A stretch of DNA of 64,000 nt. Source: Octopus bimaculoides (taxonomy: Eukaryota). Of the stretch, positions 1 through 12,937 are shown in pieces. The DNA is taken from positions 125,235,765 through 125,299,764 of the forward strand of contig NC_068984.1 in assembly GCF_001194135.2 (NCBI RefSeq), given 5' to 3'. The position numbers and the translations under genes were made by a program. Numbering within the stretch: the stretch's first letter is position 1; each line of letters begins with the position of its first letter. Under the pieces are notes generated by a model. The model saw only the letters and a list, made by a program, of their open reading frames with translations. It ran no database searches and was not told where the DNA came from.

Positions 1-870
1 TATAATTATGTGTATTTCTTCTATCTTAATGAATAAAAATTCTTCTGATAGAATAAATGGGTTAATAGAAACCAATGTAGCAAAGAACACAAAATAACTG
101 TGGTTAGCTCCTGTTTTTAAGGCAGGAACTCCTTGAAATTTTGGGTATTTGAGTATATTTAAGAATTTAAGGATTGGAGAAAACGCATGTTATAATTGCA
201 TACTTTATTCCTACATATGTTTCAGTGCACATACGGATACATGCATACATCGATGCACGTAAATAGATTCTCTCCGCCATACACATAGACTGACACACAC
301 ACACACACAGATACACACACACACACAGATACACACACACACACACAAACTCACTCATGCAAACACATACGCACGCGCACGAACATACACATACACACAC
401 AAAGACACAAACACTAACATACAGACACGCAAATAACATTGACAAGCATTCATATGTCGATGTACAAACCCAGAGCATCAAGCATAGCTTAAGTCACTGA
501 GTGAAAGAAGGTCACACAAAACACGCAGAGAGTTTACGTCACGTGATGTCCTTTCGACTTTCTGCGACGAACCAAGAATCCGGTACACAGAAACGTAATT
601 CCGAATGCTACAGAGGATATAAATACATACATATGCACACACACACACACGCACGCACACACACATACACACAATTAACTGCACATATACACTTACCAAC
701 CGAACTATTTCTGCTTGTCTAAAGTTAGAATAAAGGCCACTTTAAAATTCGTATCCTCTGTTTTTTATTTACTCTCTCTCTCTCTTTCTCTCTATCTCTC
801 TCTCTCTCTTTCTCTCTATCTCTCTCTCTTTCTCTCTCTTTCTCTCTATCTCTCTCTCTCTTTCTCTCTA

Positions 871-903
<33 letters not shown>

Positions 904-944
904 TACTCACTTCTTCTCTCTCTTCCCCCTCTCACTCTTCTATA

Positions 945-979
<35 letters not shown>

Positions 980-1008
980 TTCTATCTATCTATCGATCTA
1001 TCCATATA

Positions 1009-1386
1009 TACTCTTTTTACTCTTTTGCTCTTTTACTCGCTTCAGTCATTTGACTGCGGCCATGCTGGAGCACCGCCTTTAATCGAGCAAATCGACCCCA
1101 GGACTTATTCTTTGTAAGCCTAGTACTTATTTTATTGGTCTCTTTTGCCGAACCGCTAGGCTACGGAGGCGTAAAAACACTAGCATCGGTTCTCAAGCAA
1201 TGTTGGGGGTACAAACACAGACACACAAAAACACACATATATATATATACACATATAGATATATACGACGGGCTTCTTTCAGTTTCCGTCTACCAAATCC
1301 ACACACAAGGCTTTGGTCGGCCCGAGGCTATAGTAGAAGACACGTGCCCAAGGTGCCACGCAGTGGGACGGAACCAGGAATCATGT
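1009..1386 (-). mobile_element. SINE family A (tRNA-derived head, CORE-like ACCTTGGGCAAG segment, internal (TA/CA)n, (TAAAAGA)-type tail); head truncated at gap
   Basis: Near-identical to the complete copy at 24974-25380 (GTCATTTGACTGCGGCCATGCTGGAGCACCGCC ... GGCTATAGTAGAAGACAC ... CCCAAGGTGCCACGCAGTGGG). Confidence 0.9.
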
Positions 1387-1681
1387 ATATNNNNNNNNNN
1401 NNNNNNNNNNNNNNNNNNNNNNNNNNNNNNNNNNNNNNNNNNNNNNNNNNNNNNNNNNNNNNNNNNNNNNNNNNNNNNNNNNNNNNNNNNNNNNNNNNNN
1501 NNNNNNNNNNNNNNNNNNNNNNNNNNNNNNNNNNNNNNNNNNNNNNNNNNNNNNNNNNNNNNNNNNNNNNNNNNNNNNNNNNNNNNNNNNNNNNNNNNNN
1601 NNNNNNNNNNNNNNNNNNNNNNNNNNNNNNNNNNNNNNNNNNNNNNNNNNNNNNNNNNNNNNNNNTATATACATACATACA

Positions 1682-1716
<35 letters not shown>

Positions 1717-3639
1717 GGTCTGGTAGTGTTGTTATCTGTTTTTATATTCCTTGATCAACTTTATATTTAACACGCTGTCGATCAAATATCGACTTACCTC
1801 CCTTCCGGAATTGCTAGCCTTCTGTCAGTAATTCGGAGAGGGGTAAGTCGATTACATCGACCCCCAGAAGTCAATTGGTACTTATTTTATTGAATCCATA
1901 AAGGATAAAAGGTAAAAGGTAAAATCGACCTCAGCAGAATTTGAATCTAGAACTTAAGGATGGACAAATACTGCTAAGCATTTTGTCCAGCACGGTAACC
2001 ATTCTGCCATCTTGCTGCCTTCTTTTAATGGCTTCAAATGTTGGTACAAGGTGATCAATTTTAGAGACGTTAGTACTTATTTTATCGATCTCTAAAGGAT
2101 GAAAGGTAAAGCTGACCTCGGTGCGATCTGAGCTTAGAAAGTAAAAAAGCACAAAAACTGTTGTACGAAATTTTTTTTCGGCGCTCTAACGATCTTGTTT
2201 GCCCAACCACCCGTGGTATTCCTTAGTAACAGAGGCACAAGTCCTTAAATTTAGGGGAGGGCTTAATGGATTAAACTGATCTCAGTACCTGTTTGATATT
2301 TTATTCTATCGACCTTGGAAGATTGAAAGGCAAAATTGACTTTGATGGGATTCAAACTCGGAGCATATAATGGTCAAAATCTAGAACAAATTAGAAGACC
2401 AATCGATCACATAGCAACCCTTTGTTACAATCAAGGAGAAAGAAGTATAGATTTGCTTGATCAAGGTATAATTGCCAACAATAACAACAATAAAGGGAGA
2501 TGTTCAATATGTTAGTGACACGACTATCGCGTCTTCCTCCATATCCATTGATCTTTATAAATTGTGGTCTCCAAGATCTTTACTTTGTTTATTCCATTGT
2601 GGTTTTTCACGTCAACAAAGAAATAGCGCTGTGACAAATAGGACACAACATTTGACGTTCCCGCTGCGGTCATATTATTGGTTGCTATGTAAAAATATGG
2701 GTGGATCTCAACAGGGATAAAATCATCTATCGATTATTGCTTTTTTGTGAATAAAGGTAGGAAGCAGAGCCTGTTAATAAGTGAGTGAAGGTTAGTAACT
2801 GAGAATGGCTGGTGTATGGTTGGGATGATCCTGTTTAAATATCAACTCCCTACCGCAAAAATAAAAAGTAAAATAAAAAGAAGCGTACTTCAGTAAAATA
2901 AATCTGGTTGCACGAAAATATTATTGTTGGGACGGGTATCAGGATTAAAAGATCAAAACATTAAAAAAAAAAAAGAGATACATAACTTGGTAGGAGACAA
3001 GCTGTGCATTCTGAACCACAGGAGGTTAATGTCAGCGTGTAGACATAAATATACACTGCAACAAAACAATATACATATATAAAAATAAACGATATTAGTT
3101 AAATACTAATATAATTTCAGTTTCCTGGCAGGAATGAGAAACAACTCTAAACACGTTTTAGCGTTATTCTGATCTCACCCGTAAAGCATAGCCTTCTAGT
3201 AGCAGCCGAAGTAGTGATAAAAATAATAAGTAAACGCAATGGTTGCGTTAAGAATGTTTCTCTGCAACTACATAGTTTCGAGTTCGATCCCACTGATAGG
3301 ATCCTTGGGCAAGGACCTTCAACTCATAATATCGAATGGAGCAATTCCTTGAGAGTGCAATTCGGTAGACGGAAAACAGTACAGAAGATCATTGTAGGTT
3401 GTGTGTGAGTGTGTTGTGTTGTGTTGTGTGTGTACGTTTATTTTCAGTAAAGTAACATTTTGGTGAATATGGAGCATATAGAACTGTGGTCTTTATGACA
3501 AATACTTGACTCACGCAAGCACTGACGTCGATACGATTAACTAAAGTAGTCTTTTTCAAATCTGTTGAGATCACGCATTGGTTATAAATGAACGTTAACT
3601 TCGTAGAAGCGGTGTTATTTGCTTGCAATCTTCCATGTA

Positions 3640-3810
3640 TGGCCTTCGTGCAGTTCTTGTTCGAAAGACTATGAGAAATATTTCCTCGGTTGGAAACAGG
3701 TGAGGATTAGAGACAGGAAGAACCGAAAATCTAGCTCAACAAATTTCGTCTGGTTTGTGCAAGCATGGAAAATTGGACACAAACGATAATGATGGTGATG
3801 ACAAAGACAA
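3640..3810 (+). mobile_element. degenerate retroposon 3' end with (GAT)n-like tail
   Basis: GGAAACAGGTGAGG...GCAAGCATGGAAAA..GGAC followed by GAT/GAC triplets; recalled as an octopus SINE/RTE-type tail, single copy in this window. Confidence 0.45.
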
Positions 3811-4110
3811 CGATGATGACTTACATGATGCACACACAAATATATATATATAGCGAGGTGTATCTAATCTTATCTTTTTCCCAAGTTTATTTTTCTATAT
3901 CTTATATGAGTCCCTTGCAGTATGTTTTCAACAGTAAAGTTTCTAAAGCTCTTATGAACATTTCTAGATCTTCATAGAGTCATCGTGAGAATATTATAAT
4001 TTTGGTATGTGCTATTCCAACTTATAAGTTAGTAGGAATGTAGTGATTAGTATAAATTTAACCGTCAGAATTTGTATTTTAATCGTTGGAAAATTTCAAT
4101 GTTACCAATA

Positions 4111-4775
4111 GGCGCAAGAGTGGCTGTGTGGTAAGAAGTTTGCATCTTAACCATGTAGTTCTGGGTTCCGTCCCACTACATGGCCCCTTGGGCAAATGTC
4201 TTTTACTATAGCCTCGGGCCGATTAAAGCCTAGTGAGTGGATTTGGTAGACGGAAACTGAAAGCGAGTTGGCAGCGAGTTGGCGGCGAGTTGGCGGCGAG
4301 TTGGCAGAAACGTTAGCATGCCGGGCGAAATGCTTAGCGGTATTTTGTCTGCCATTACGTTCTGAGTTCAAATTCCGTCGAGGGCGACTTTGCCTTTCAT
4401 CCTTTCGGGGTCGATAAACTAAGTACCAGTTACGCACTGGGGTGTATGTAATCGACTTAATCCCTTTGTCTGTCCTTGTTTGACCCTTCTACGTTTAGCC
4501 CCTTGTGGGCAATAAAGAAATAAGAAATAAGGAAACTGAAAGAAGCCCGTCTTATATATATGCATATCTATCTATCACCACTTGACAAACGGTGTTGGTG
4601 TGTTTACGTCCTCGTAACTTAGCGTTTTGGCAAAAGAGACCGACAGAATAAGTATCAGGCTTAAAAAATAAATACTGGGGTGGTTTCATTCGACTAAAAA
4701 TTCAAGGTGGTACTCCAGTATGACCGCAATCTAATGACTGAAACAGGTAAAAGATAAAAGATAAAAGATAAAAGA
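4111..4775 (+). mobile_element. SINE family A interrupted by a SINE B insertion
   Basis: Head GGCGCAAGAGTGGCTGTGTGGTAAG at 4111; body resumes at 4531 after the duplicated GGAAACTGAAAG; tail (TAAAAGA)n at about 4748-4775. Confidence 0.9.
4264..4530 (+). mobile_element. SINE family B (full length) with 12-bp TSD
   Basis: A-box-like TGGCAGAAACGTTAG, B-box-like GAGTTCAAATTCC, central GACTTTGCCTTTCATCCTTTCGGGGTCGATAAA, tail AAGAAAT repeats; TSD GGAAACTGAAAG at 4252-4263 and 4531-4542. Confidence 0.92.
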
Positions 4776-5271
4776 ATCACGTGATTACATTTATTAGTAT
4801 GTCGTTCCTGCGTTTGTCGTCGCTGCTTTTATTTGTGTCGTGTATGTCGTCCTCGCGTTTATTTTTGTATTGTGCTATCTGATAAGCATTACTTTCATTA
4901 GCAATCATCTTGTTTTGTGGGAAATTACACAAAGTATTAACGCGCCGTCTGCAAATGATTTCCTATTTAATTTTTGGTTCTGTGGTTTGTTTGACATGTA
5001 GTGCAATGCGATCGTTCTTTGTTGTATCTGTACGTAGAGGCAGCGAGTGAGTGTCATACTTATATTTGTCATTAACAGCTTCTTCGCTGATTTATGGTTG
5101 GATCGATTTAATAGATTATAAATTTCGCTAATAAATATATCGTATTCAGTCGTAAATAAATGTATAAGCTGTGTGAGAAATTTGGGCAAGTGTCTTCTAC
5201 TATAACCCCGGGCTACCAATGCTGTGTGGCTAGATCTCGTAGGGGGAAACTGTGCGGAAGCACGTCTTGTG

Positions 5272-5363
<92 letters not shown>

Positions 5364-6537
5364 TTCATTTGTTCTCTACTCCTAGCTTTTGACAACTGGT
5401 GCTGGTTTGTTAACGCCTCCAGTAACTTACCAGTTCGACAAGATATTCTAAAAGCAATAGAATAAGTACGAAACATCAAAAATAAATTCTAAGGTCGATT
5501 TGTTCCACTAAGTGATGTGTATATGACTGAAAACATCTCCATTTTTTTAGGCTTGGCGATTAATCGAAAATTGATCCATGACAAGACAACATTCAAAACA
5601 CGCAACAGCTTTCAATGACACTAATATGATATAAGGTGTGTATCGTTGGGGTAAACAGTATATCACTCGATAATATTTATGTAGAACTTCTCCTTTCGTA
5701 TAAACGGAAGCACATTTACTTGGTAAGGAGAAGAATATGGTGTTTCATATATGCACGTTCTTCTTTTTTTCCTTCACATTTGTATCTCAAGAACAGTGGA
5801 ATGGTAGAAATAATAGATTGCCAGACAAAATGATTAGTAGAATTTTCTCCCGCCTGTCTTTATTCAGCCCTTGGTTAGCCCTTTCATAAAAATTACAATT
5901 ACATTGTAGATGAGGCTGCTATTTCTAACAGATCGTCTTCATTGACTAACATTTTAATTGTTTAAACTTAGGTTGGCCCTTCCATGAGACTTATCATTAG
6001 ACTATGTAATGAGTACTTCCTTCTAAATTAGTAGGGTGCAGTCCGAGGAAACTTTGCTATTATTTCTAGAACATTGTCCGCATATTTGTATGCAAAAGAG
6101 GATGCACGTGACGTGAGTCAAAGATGAGATTTTACGATATTCGTATTTAGTATTCGGCTTGCTGTTGTTTATATTGATATGTTTGATTTCCAGATTAGCC
6201 ACGTTGGTTTAAGAAGTCCTGAAGGATGCAAAGATACAGCACCATCCTATTCCTGCTAAACACTGAATTTCTAAGGAGCCAAACCTAGACAAATTAATTA
6301 GACCTTAGCAATGTTATGCAATTCAACTGTCCTACTTAACTGTAGTTCTATCAGAATCATTCTCTATACTCGAAAGCAGGCATGTATGAATGTGTATGCA
6401 ATTATGAATAGTGATATGGTATTGGCTGTCCAATAAATGGACAGTACTTAGATAAAAGAGTAGAGAGACACGCACATGTATGCATACAAATGAGGAGTCT
6501 AATATATATTTAAGACACACACGCACACACACAACCA

Positions 6538-6721
6538 CATCGTTCTGGGTTCAGTCCCACTGCGTAGCACCTTGGGCAAGTGTCTTCTACTATAGCCTCG
6601 GGCCGACCAAAGCCTTGTGAGTGGATTTGGTAGACGGAAACTGAAAGAAACCCGTCGTATATATGTATATGTATATGTATGTGTGTGTATATGTTTGTGT
6701 GTCTGTGTTTGTCCCCCCCCC
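6538..6721 (+). mobile_element. SINE family A 5' half, running into a gap
   Basis: GGGTTCAGTCCCACTGCGTAGCACCTTGGGCAAGTGTCTTCTACTATAGCCTCGGGCCGACC matches family A. Confidence 0.88.
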
Positions 6722-7558
6722 NNNNNNNNNNNNNNNNNNNNNNNNNNNNNNNNNNNNNNNNNNNNNNNNNNNNNNNNNNNNNNNNNNNNNNNNNNNNNNN
6801 NNNNNNNNNNNNNNNNNNNNNNNNNNNNNNNNNNNNNNNNNNNNNNNNNNNNNNNNNNNNNNNNNNNNNNNNNNNNNNNNNNNNNNNNNNNNNNNNNNNN
6901 NNNNNNNNNNNNNNNNNNNNNNNNNNNNNNNNNNNNNNNNNNNNNNNNNNNNNNNNNNNNNNNNNNNNNNNNNNNNNNNNNNNNNNNNNNNNNNNNNNNN
7001 NNNNNNNNNNNNNNNNNNNNNNNNNNNNNNNNNNNNNNNNNNNNNNNNNNNNNNNNNNNNNNNNNNNNNNNNNNNNNNNNNNNNNNNNNNNNNNNNNNNN
7101 NNNNNNNNNNNNNNNNNNNNNNNNNNNNNNNNNNNNNNNNNNNNNNNNNNNNNNNNNNNNNNNNNNNNNNNNNNNNNNNNNNNNNNNNNNNNNNNNNNNN
7201 NNNNNNNNNNNNNNNNNNNNNNNNNNNNNNNNNNNNNNNNNNNNNNNNNNNNNNNNNNNNNNNNNNNNNNNNNNNNNNNNNNNNNNNNNNNNNNNNNNNN
7301 NNNNNNNNNNNNNNNNNNNNNNNNNNNNNNNNNNNNNNNNNNNNNNNNNNNNNNNNNNNNNNNNNNNNNNNNNNNNNNNNNNNNNNNNNNNNNNNNNNNN
7401 NNNNNNNNNNNNNNNNNNNNNNNNNNNNNNNNNNNNNNNNNNNNNNNNNNNNNNNNNNNNNNNNNNNNNNNNNNNNNNNNNNNNNNNNNNNNNNNNNNNN
7501 NNNNNNNNNNNNNNNNNNNNNNNNNNNNNNNNNNNNNNNNNNNNNNNNNNNNNNNNNN

Positions 7559-7611
<53 letters not shown>

Positions 7612-7914
7612 CTCCACCTCTCTCTCTCTCCCTCGTTCTCTCTCACTCCACCTCTTCTTCCTCTGCTTCTTACTCCCTTCATACATTTGTTCAGAATTGC
7701 CATAACACGCTAGTTTATATTTTGCTTCCTTCACACATAGATCTCCAACACCAGATAAGCAAATCTTTATATTTCTTTTTACTCGTGGCGCTAGTAATGT
7801 TGGAATACAGGGGTTGCTTAGTGGGTTACACACAGTAAGGTGTAGGAGTTATAGTGTAAGGGCTGTTTGTTTACGCTTCATTTATTTTTCTTTCTAATTT
7901 TTGTTTGATTTCTT

Positions 7915-7975
<61 letters not shown>

Positions 7976-7985
7976 NNNNNNNNNN

Positions 7986-8108
7986 GAGGTCGACTTTGCC
8001 TTTCATCCTTTCGGGGTCGATAAATTAAGTACCAGTGAAACACTGGGGTTGATGTAATCGGCTAGTCCTCTCCCACAAAATCACTGTCCTTGTGGCAAAA
8101 TTTGAAAC

Positions 8109-8148
<40 letters not shown>
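7986..8148 (+). mobile_element. SINE family B 3' half with (ATT)n tail
   Basis: GAGGTCGACTTTGCCTTTCATCCTTTCGGGGTCGATAAATTAAGTACCAG, then (ATT)n at about 8110-8148. Confidence 0.85.
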
Positions 8149-8149
<1 letters not shown>

Positions 8150-9173
8150 CTTCGTAACACAGAGTAGGTAAAAATGCACCGGAGTCTTTAGTCATCTGTC
8201 AAGTCACACCAAGGAACTCAGACAGATAATACTTTCCTTAAGATGTGTGCTGTGCCCAATAAGGCGGCCTTTTGCAAGACATCAATCTTGCATGGGATTT
8301 CCAATTGCCTTAAGAAGTCTTGAAGTTTCAATGGGATTGAGCCCAACGCTCCGATCACCACTGGTATCACTTTTACATTACCCTCTCGCATTCCAAACAT
8401 TCTTGCCATTTCCACTTTCAATTCGAAGTACTTGGTGATTTCTTTCGATCTCCTTACTCACAACATTCATGTCATTTGGTATGGCGACAGCAATGATCTG
8501 ACAGTATTTGTCTTTTTTATTCAATATGACAATATCAGGCTGACGATGTTTGACTACACGATGCGTCTGAAAATCATAGTCCCAGAGTATCGTCACTTTT
8601 CCATCCTCCTGCATAACTTGGTACATGCTCATACCAGTTTCCTATTACTTCATATTGGTATTTACGGCATAGGAGCCAATGAAGATACACACACATACAC
8701 TTCATCGTGGCGGCACTTGTATTCTCTCACATCCACTTACCAAGAGGGCCACATTTTCCACACACTTTCCACAGAGTCTGCATTTCTGGGTGTCAGAAGT
8801 TTTATAGATGTTATACTTCACTGAATTGGTAGCGAGAGCCTGGTCTTGTGCAGCAATGATCAAGCTTCCGATAGTACGCTTCAAATCACCTCCCTTAAGC
8901 CATACCTACGATGTTGTATCATTCTTAACGTCTTGTATATTCCTTTCAAACTATCCATGCATTCTCATTTCAAGGTCTTCTTTTCTCTTCTCCTCAGTTC
9001 TTTGGTCAAATTCTTCCTTGTTCGTTATTTCATCTGCATTTATACCCATATCTTTCGCGGCATATTGCTGTAGGTCTTCATCACTATTTATCAAATACTC
9101 GGCAAGCGTTCTCCTTTCACTCCTTTTATAATGGTCTATACAAATTAGTCCTCTGACACCATTCTTTCTTTTC
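8149..9173 (-). mobile_element. 5'-truncated, frameshifted R4/Dong-like RLE non-LTR retrotransposon (post-RT region, CCHC-type knuckle, PD-(D/E)xK endonuclease, 3'UTR, (TAA)n)
   Basis: Minus-strand peptides RKNGVRGL..., MHG, IIAAQDQALATN, CRLCGKCVENV..LVSGC, ILWDYDFQT..HRQPDIVILNKKDKYCQIIAVAIPND, IPVVIGALG...LQKAALLGTAHILRKVL* (stop at 8218) are typical R4-clade ORF C-terminal motifs; a 70-nt 3'UTR ends in (AAT)n. Confidence 0.88.
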
Positions 9174-9313
9174 TCGACTTTGCCTTTCATCCTTTCGGGG
9201 TCGATTAAATAAGTACCAGTTACGCACTAGGATCAATGTAATCGACTTAATCCGTTTGTCTGTCCTTGTTTGTCCCCTCTATGTTTAGCCCCTTGTGGGC
9301 AATAAAGAAATTA

Positions 9314-9358
<45 letters not shown>
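9174..9358 (+). mobile_element. 5'-truncated SINE family B with (ATT)n tail
   Basis: TCGACTTTGCCTTTCATCCTTTCGGGGTCG...CCCCTTGTGGGCAATAAAGAAAT matches 4264-4530. Confidence 0.88.
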
Positions 9359-9359
<1 letters not shown>

Positions 9360-9361
<2 letters not shown>

Positions 9362-9557
9362 GTGTGTATGGATGTGTATTTGTGTGTCTGTGTTCGTCCC
9401 AACCCCACCATCGCTTGACAACCGATGTGGTTGTGTTTACGTCCCCGTAACAGCGGTTCTGCAAAAGAAATCGATAGAATACGTACTAGGCTTCCAAAGT
9501 ATAAGTCCTGTGGTGCTCCAGCATGGCCGCAGTCAAATGACTGAAACAAGTAAAAGA
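9360..9557 (+). mobile_element. SINE family A 3' half
   Basis: CATCGCTTGACAACCGATG...GCTCCAGCATGGCCGCAGTCAAATGACTGAAACAAGTAAAAGA. Confidence 0.85.
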
Positions 9558-9724
9558 ATTTTTTTAAATGTATATGTATATTATAGATATTTGTATAAGT
9601 GTGTTTGGGTGTGGATATATGTGTATATGCAAAACATATACATAACAGAACTTGCGGATGCCGACTATATTTATCTTAACAGACATATGTGCAATCAAAC
9701 GTATGCAATCAAACATACACCCTA

Positions 9725-9761
<37 letters not shown>

Positions 9762-10779
9762 TCACACACACATACGCAAATTCACATATACGTAGATACT
9801 TAGAAAGCTGTGTTGCTGGAATGATTTATATTGTGATGTGAGCGAAGATGGAACCCGATACTTTCGTAACACAGTGGGGGCGGAGATTAACGATATATAA
9901 CTCACTCTCGCTCACTTTCTCTCTCTCTCTCTTTCTCTTTCTCTCCTTCTCTCTCCATTTCTCTCTCCGTCTATCTATCGCCCCTCCTTCCCACTCTCCT
10001 CTTTCTCCTCCCCGCCGCCATAATCTCACCATACATTTCTGCTACTCTATCTACTCCCTCCCTATATAACTGACTGTCGCACTTCGGTTTTTTTTTCTTC
10101 TTTCACCAAGTCCGGTTACATTTCTATATTCTCCCCGCTCTGTCAGTCTCCTCCAGCTATAAAACTTTACTCAAATATGTAACATAGACTAGGGTCTTTG
10201 TTAAAAGTCGTGAAACGGTTCTTGTTTGTATATTTCGCCCAACTGAGTTAGGCCCAGATATATTACTTTAATGGAGACCACGAAGGGTGGTGGAATATAT
10301 GCACAAGTCCGAATGAATAAGAAGTCACACTGCCAGCCGAATGGAAGATGGTTCGTACCTCTGTGACCAACGTCGATTAATATTAACCCTGAAATATATA
10401 ATCCGCTTATAAAAGCTAAAATAACATAGGATCAATGAGTCCACGGAGCACTATTGCCCGCCCGTATCCGTAGCGTAAACCACATGAGAGATAAATGATA
10501 CCTTCAATAAGACCCTTGCCTGTATTGCATGTGACTTCTAGAACTGAGATAAAGTTAATTTATTTCAAGATGGTAGAACTAGTCTGTCTCAAAGGATAAA
10601 AGTGGTACAGTTATGATTAAGCGAACTTGACAATGAATATGATGGTCGAAACAACGATCGTTGTGTCAAGTTTTAAAAATAAATGTGTGTGAGTACGTAC
10701 ACACAATGATTTAGAAACTGCTAAAGAACGTGAAATAATTATATTTTTAGGACAGTAAAGATAAACTATAATAATCCTT

Positions 10780-10985
10780 TCTACTAAAGGAACATCGCCT
10801 AAAGTTTCATGGGAGGGAACTTGTCGGCTATATCGATCCCAGTGTTTCACTGAAGTTTAATTTATCGACCCCGAAAAGATGAAAGGCAAAGTCGACCTCG
10901 GCAGAATTTGAACTTGGAACGTAAAGACAGACGAAGTGATGCGAAGCATGTTGCCTGGAGTGCTAACAATTCCGCCAGCTCACCG
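10780..10985 (-). mobile_element. SINE family B
   Basis: Plus strand GATGAAAGGCAAAGTCGACCTCGGCAGAATTTGAACT...GCCAGCTCACC, the reverse complement of the family B head and centre. Confidence 0.82.
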
Positions 10986-11230
10986 TTTTAAACAAGACCA
11001 AAATAATAGCGTGTAAATATTGGATAAAAAATCCTTTTGAATGAAAACAAAAACAAAGGCTGCCTGTTTACGTCTTCTGTAAACGTAACAGACGTTCTAC
11101 CATTAAACCAATGCGATCTTTCGCATTTCTTTATGAATTCTGGAAAGTTTATTCTTACGAGCAAGAATTGTATGTTGTTGACGTCATAAGAATTTAGCAT
11201 ATATGTGTGCGTGCATGCGTATCCATACCC

Positions 11231-11298
<68 letters not shown>

Positions 11299-11301
11299 AT
11301 A

Positions 11302-11557
11302 AAATAATAAATAAATGCGCCCTTTTAAAGCCTAGCCAGGCTCATGGGCCCGGCTTCCCGGTTTAAATGGCATATGTGTTCCCCAGCTGGACAGGACGCC
11401 AGTCCATCGCAGCGTTACTCATTTTTGCCAGCTGAGTGGACTTGAGAAAGGTGAAATGAAGTGTTTTGCTCAAGAACGCATTGCCCCGTCCAGGAATCAA
11501 AACCACAAACTTACGATCATGATGCTGAAACCCTAACTACTAAGCCACGCGACTCCA
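11302..11557 (-). mobile_element. SINE family E (tRNA head, CACTCAGCTGGCAAAAATGAGT central motif, distinct 3' tail) within (ATCT)n
   Basis: Minus-strand head TGGAGTCGCGTGGCTTAGTAGTTAGGG, B-box-like GGTTTTGATTCC; its tail also occurs at 19154-19195 and a degenerate copy at about 52075-52240. Confidence 0.8.
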
Positions 11558-12464
11558 TCTATCTATCTATCTATACATACATACATACATACATACATAT
11601 ATGCATGCATACGAGCGCATATTGGCACAAGCAAATGCACACTTGCACAATCGTACTCACACGCGCTTCTCCCCACCACATTCGTACATATATAATGCAG
11701 CTGGGTTTCTGATGTAAATATTAATATCTATCATCATCGATGTTGTCAGCAAAGGCAGAATGAGGCCTCACCCAAATCAATATATTGACCCTAATCGATC
11801 ACATGTCAATCGTCAAGTATACGATTCGTTACTGTGATAACAGAGATATCGACTACGAATATTTGAAAATTAAAAGGCGTTTCGTACTTTTTCGTGATTG
11901 CCCTTTTTTTTTTTTTCTCGTGGGATTGCTTACTTGATCTAGAGAAATGGGTAGTACATATGAACTACACAGGTCTCTCCCGCCCTATGCCTAGTAAACT
12001 GATGTCATTAATGTTCCCCTTAAATTGCTGCACGCCCACACTTGCAGTGAAGATATGAGGTCGAGAGTGTTCCAGAGGAATGAATTTTTGGGGTAAGACT
12101 GGATATAGTGTTTATCGTTTCATGAATGAGAAAAGAAGAGACAAGTAAGACTGAAAGATGCATGAGAGCAACTATCTCTAAGGAGCAGAGGCCAATATAG
12201 TAGAAATAAAAAATTGAATAGAGTGACAAGAGCACGCCCGTGATCCAGTATAAAAGATCGTGTCCGTGAGTGCGTTGAAACGAATTAGTCAAGTTACCTT
12301 TAGATGGCAAATTTGTGGTTTTAATTCCGGTTATGATATTTATGATAACCCAAGACCTACATATCTCCTTCTCTTTCTTAATCCCCAATAAAGTTTGTAA
12401 GACCAAATAGAAATTGTTCAGCTTTGAAATACTAAGCTACCTAAATCTTAACAAAGGTTTACGT

Positions 12465-12700
12465 CAGTAGTTCTCGAGCCATTTTTTATCAGTGGATCCT
12501 TTGTTTCGTATTTTAGTTGGGTGGATCCCTATAGCCATTCGATATTTAAAAAAAATTCTCTTATATTTTTATAATGAAATATTATAAGCAATTATAAAAA
12601 TATTTTGTGTATTGTAGATGTATAATCAATTTATTGTTCATAAATAAATTTTTATAAGATCTTATAAGGGGGTCATATGAACCCCTGTTGAGAGCCACTG
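12465..12700. mobile_element. hAT-type MITE
   Basis: Imperfect TIRs CAGTAGTTCTCGAG and GTTGAGAGCCACTG (10/14 match, CAGTGG..TC-like hAT end); 8-bp TSD GTTTACGT (12457-12464) and GTTCACGT (12701-12708); AT-rich non-coding interior. Confidence 0.72.
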
Positions 12701-12889
12701 GTTCACGTGATAAGCAAGACTGAAACGGAAGCATATCATGGAAATGAGATGGAACTGGTGGTTAAAACGGGGTCTAGTGTTTCAACTAATTAGGTTTCCA
12801 TTCGTCATGGATCCATCGTTTCATCTTCATTATCCCGCGTTGGATAGTTTGATGATGATTAAGCAGCGTCATTTCAAATGGTGACAAAT

Positions 12890-12937
<48 letters not shown>

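Noticed and set aside
3655-3706. Apparent 46-nt exon with strong CAG|GTGAGG donor
   Set aside because: It lies within a sequence resembling a retroposon 3' tail ending in (GAT)n; there is no independent coding evidence.
10355-10395. Possible 30-nt minus-strand microexon (tttcag|...AGAG|gtacga)
   Set aside because: Too short to distinguish from chance without transcript data.
12020-12406. 128-aa minus-strand ORF, and TATAAAAG at about 12250 on the plus strand
   Set aside because: No recognisable domain or codon signal; a lone TATA motif is expected by chance in AT-rich DNA.
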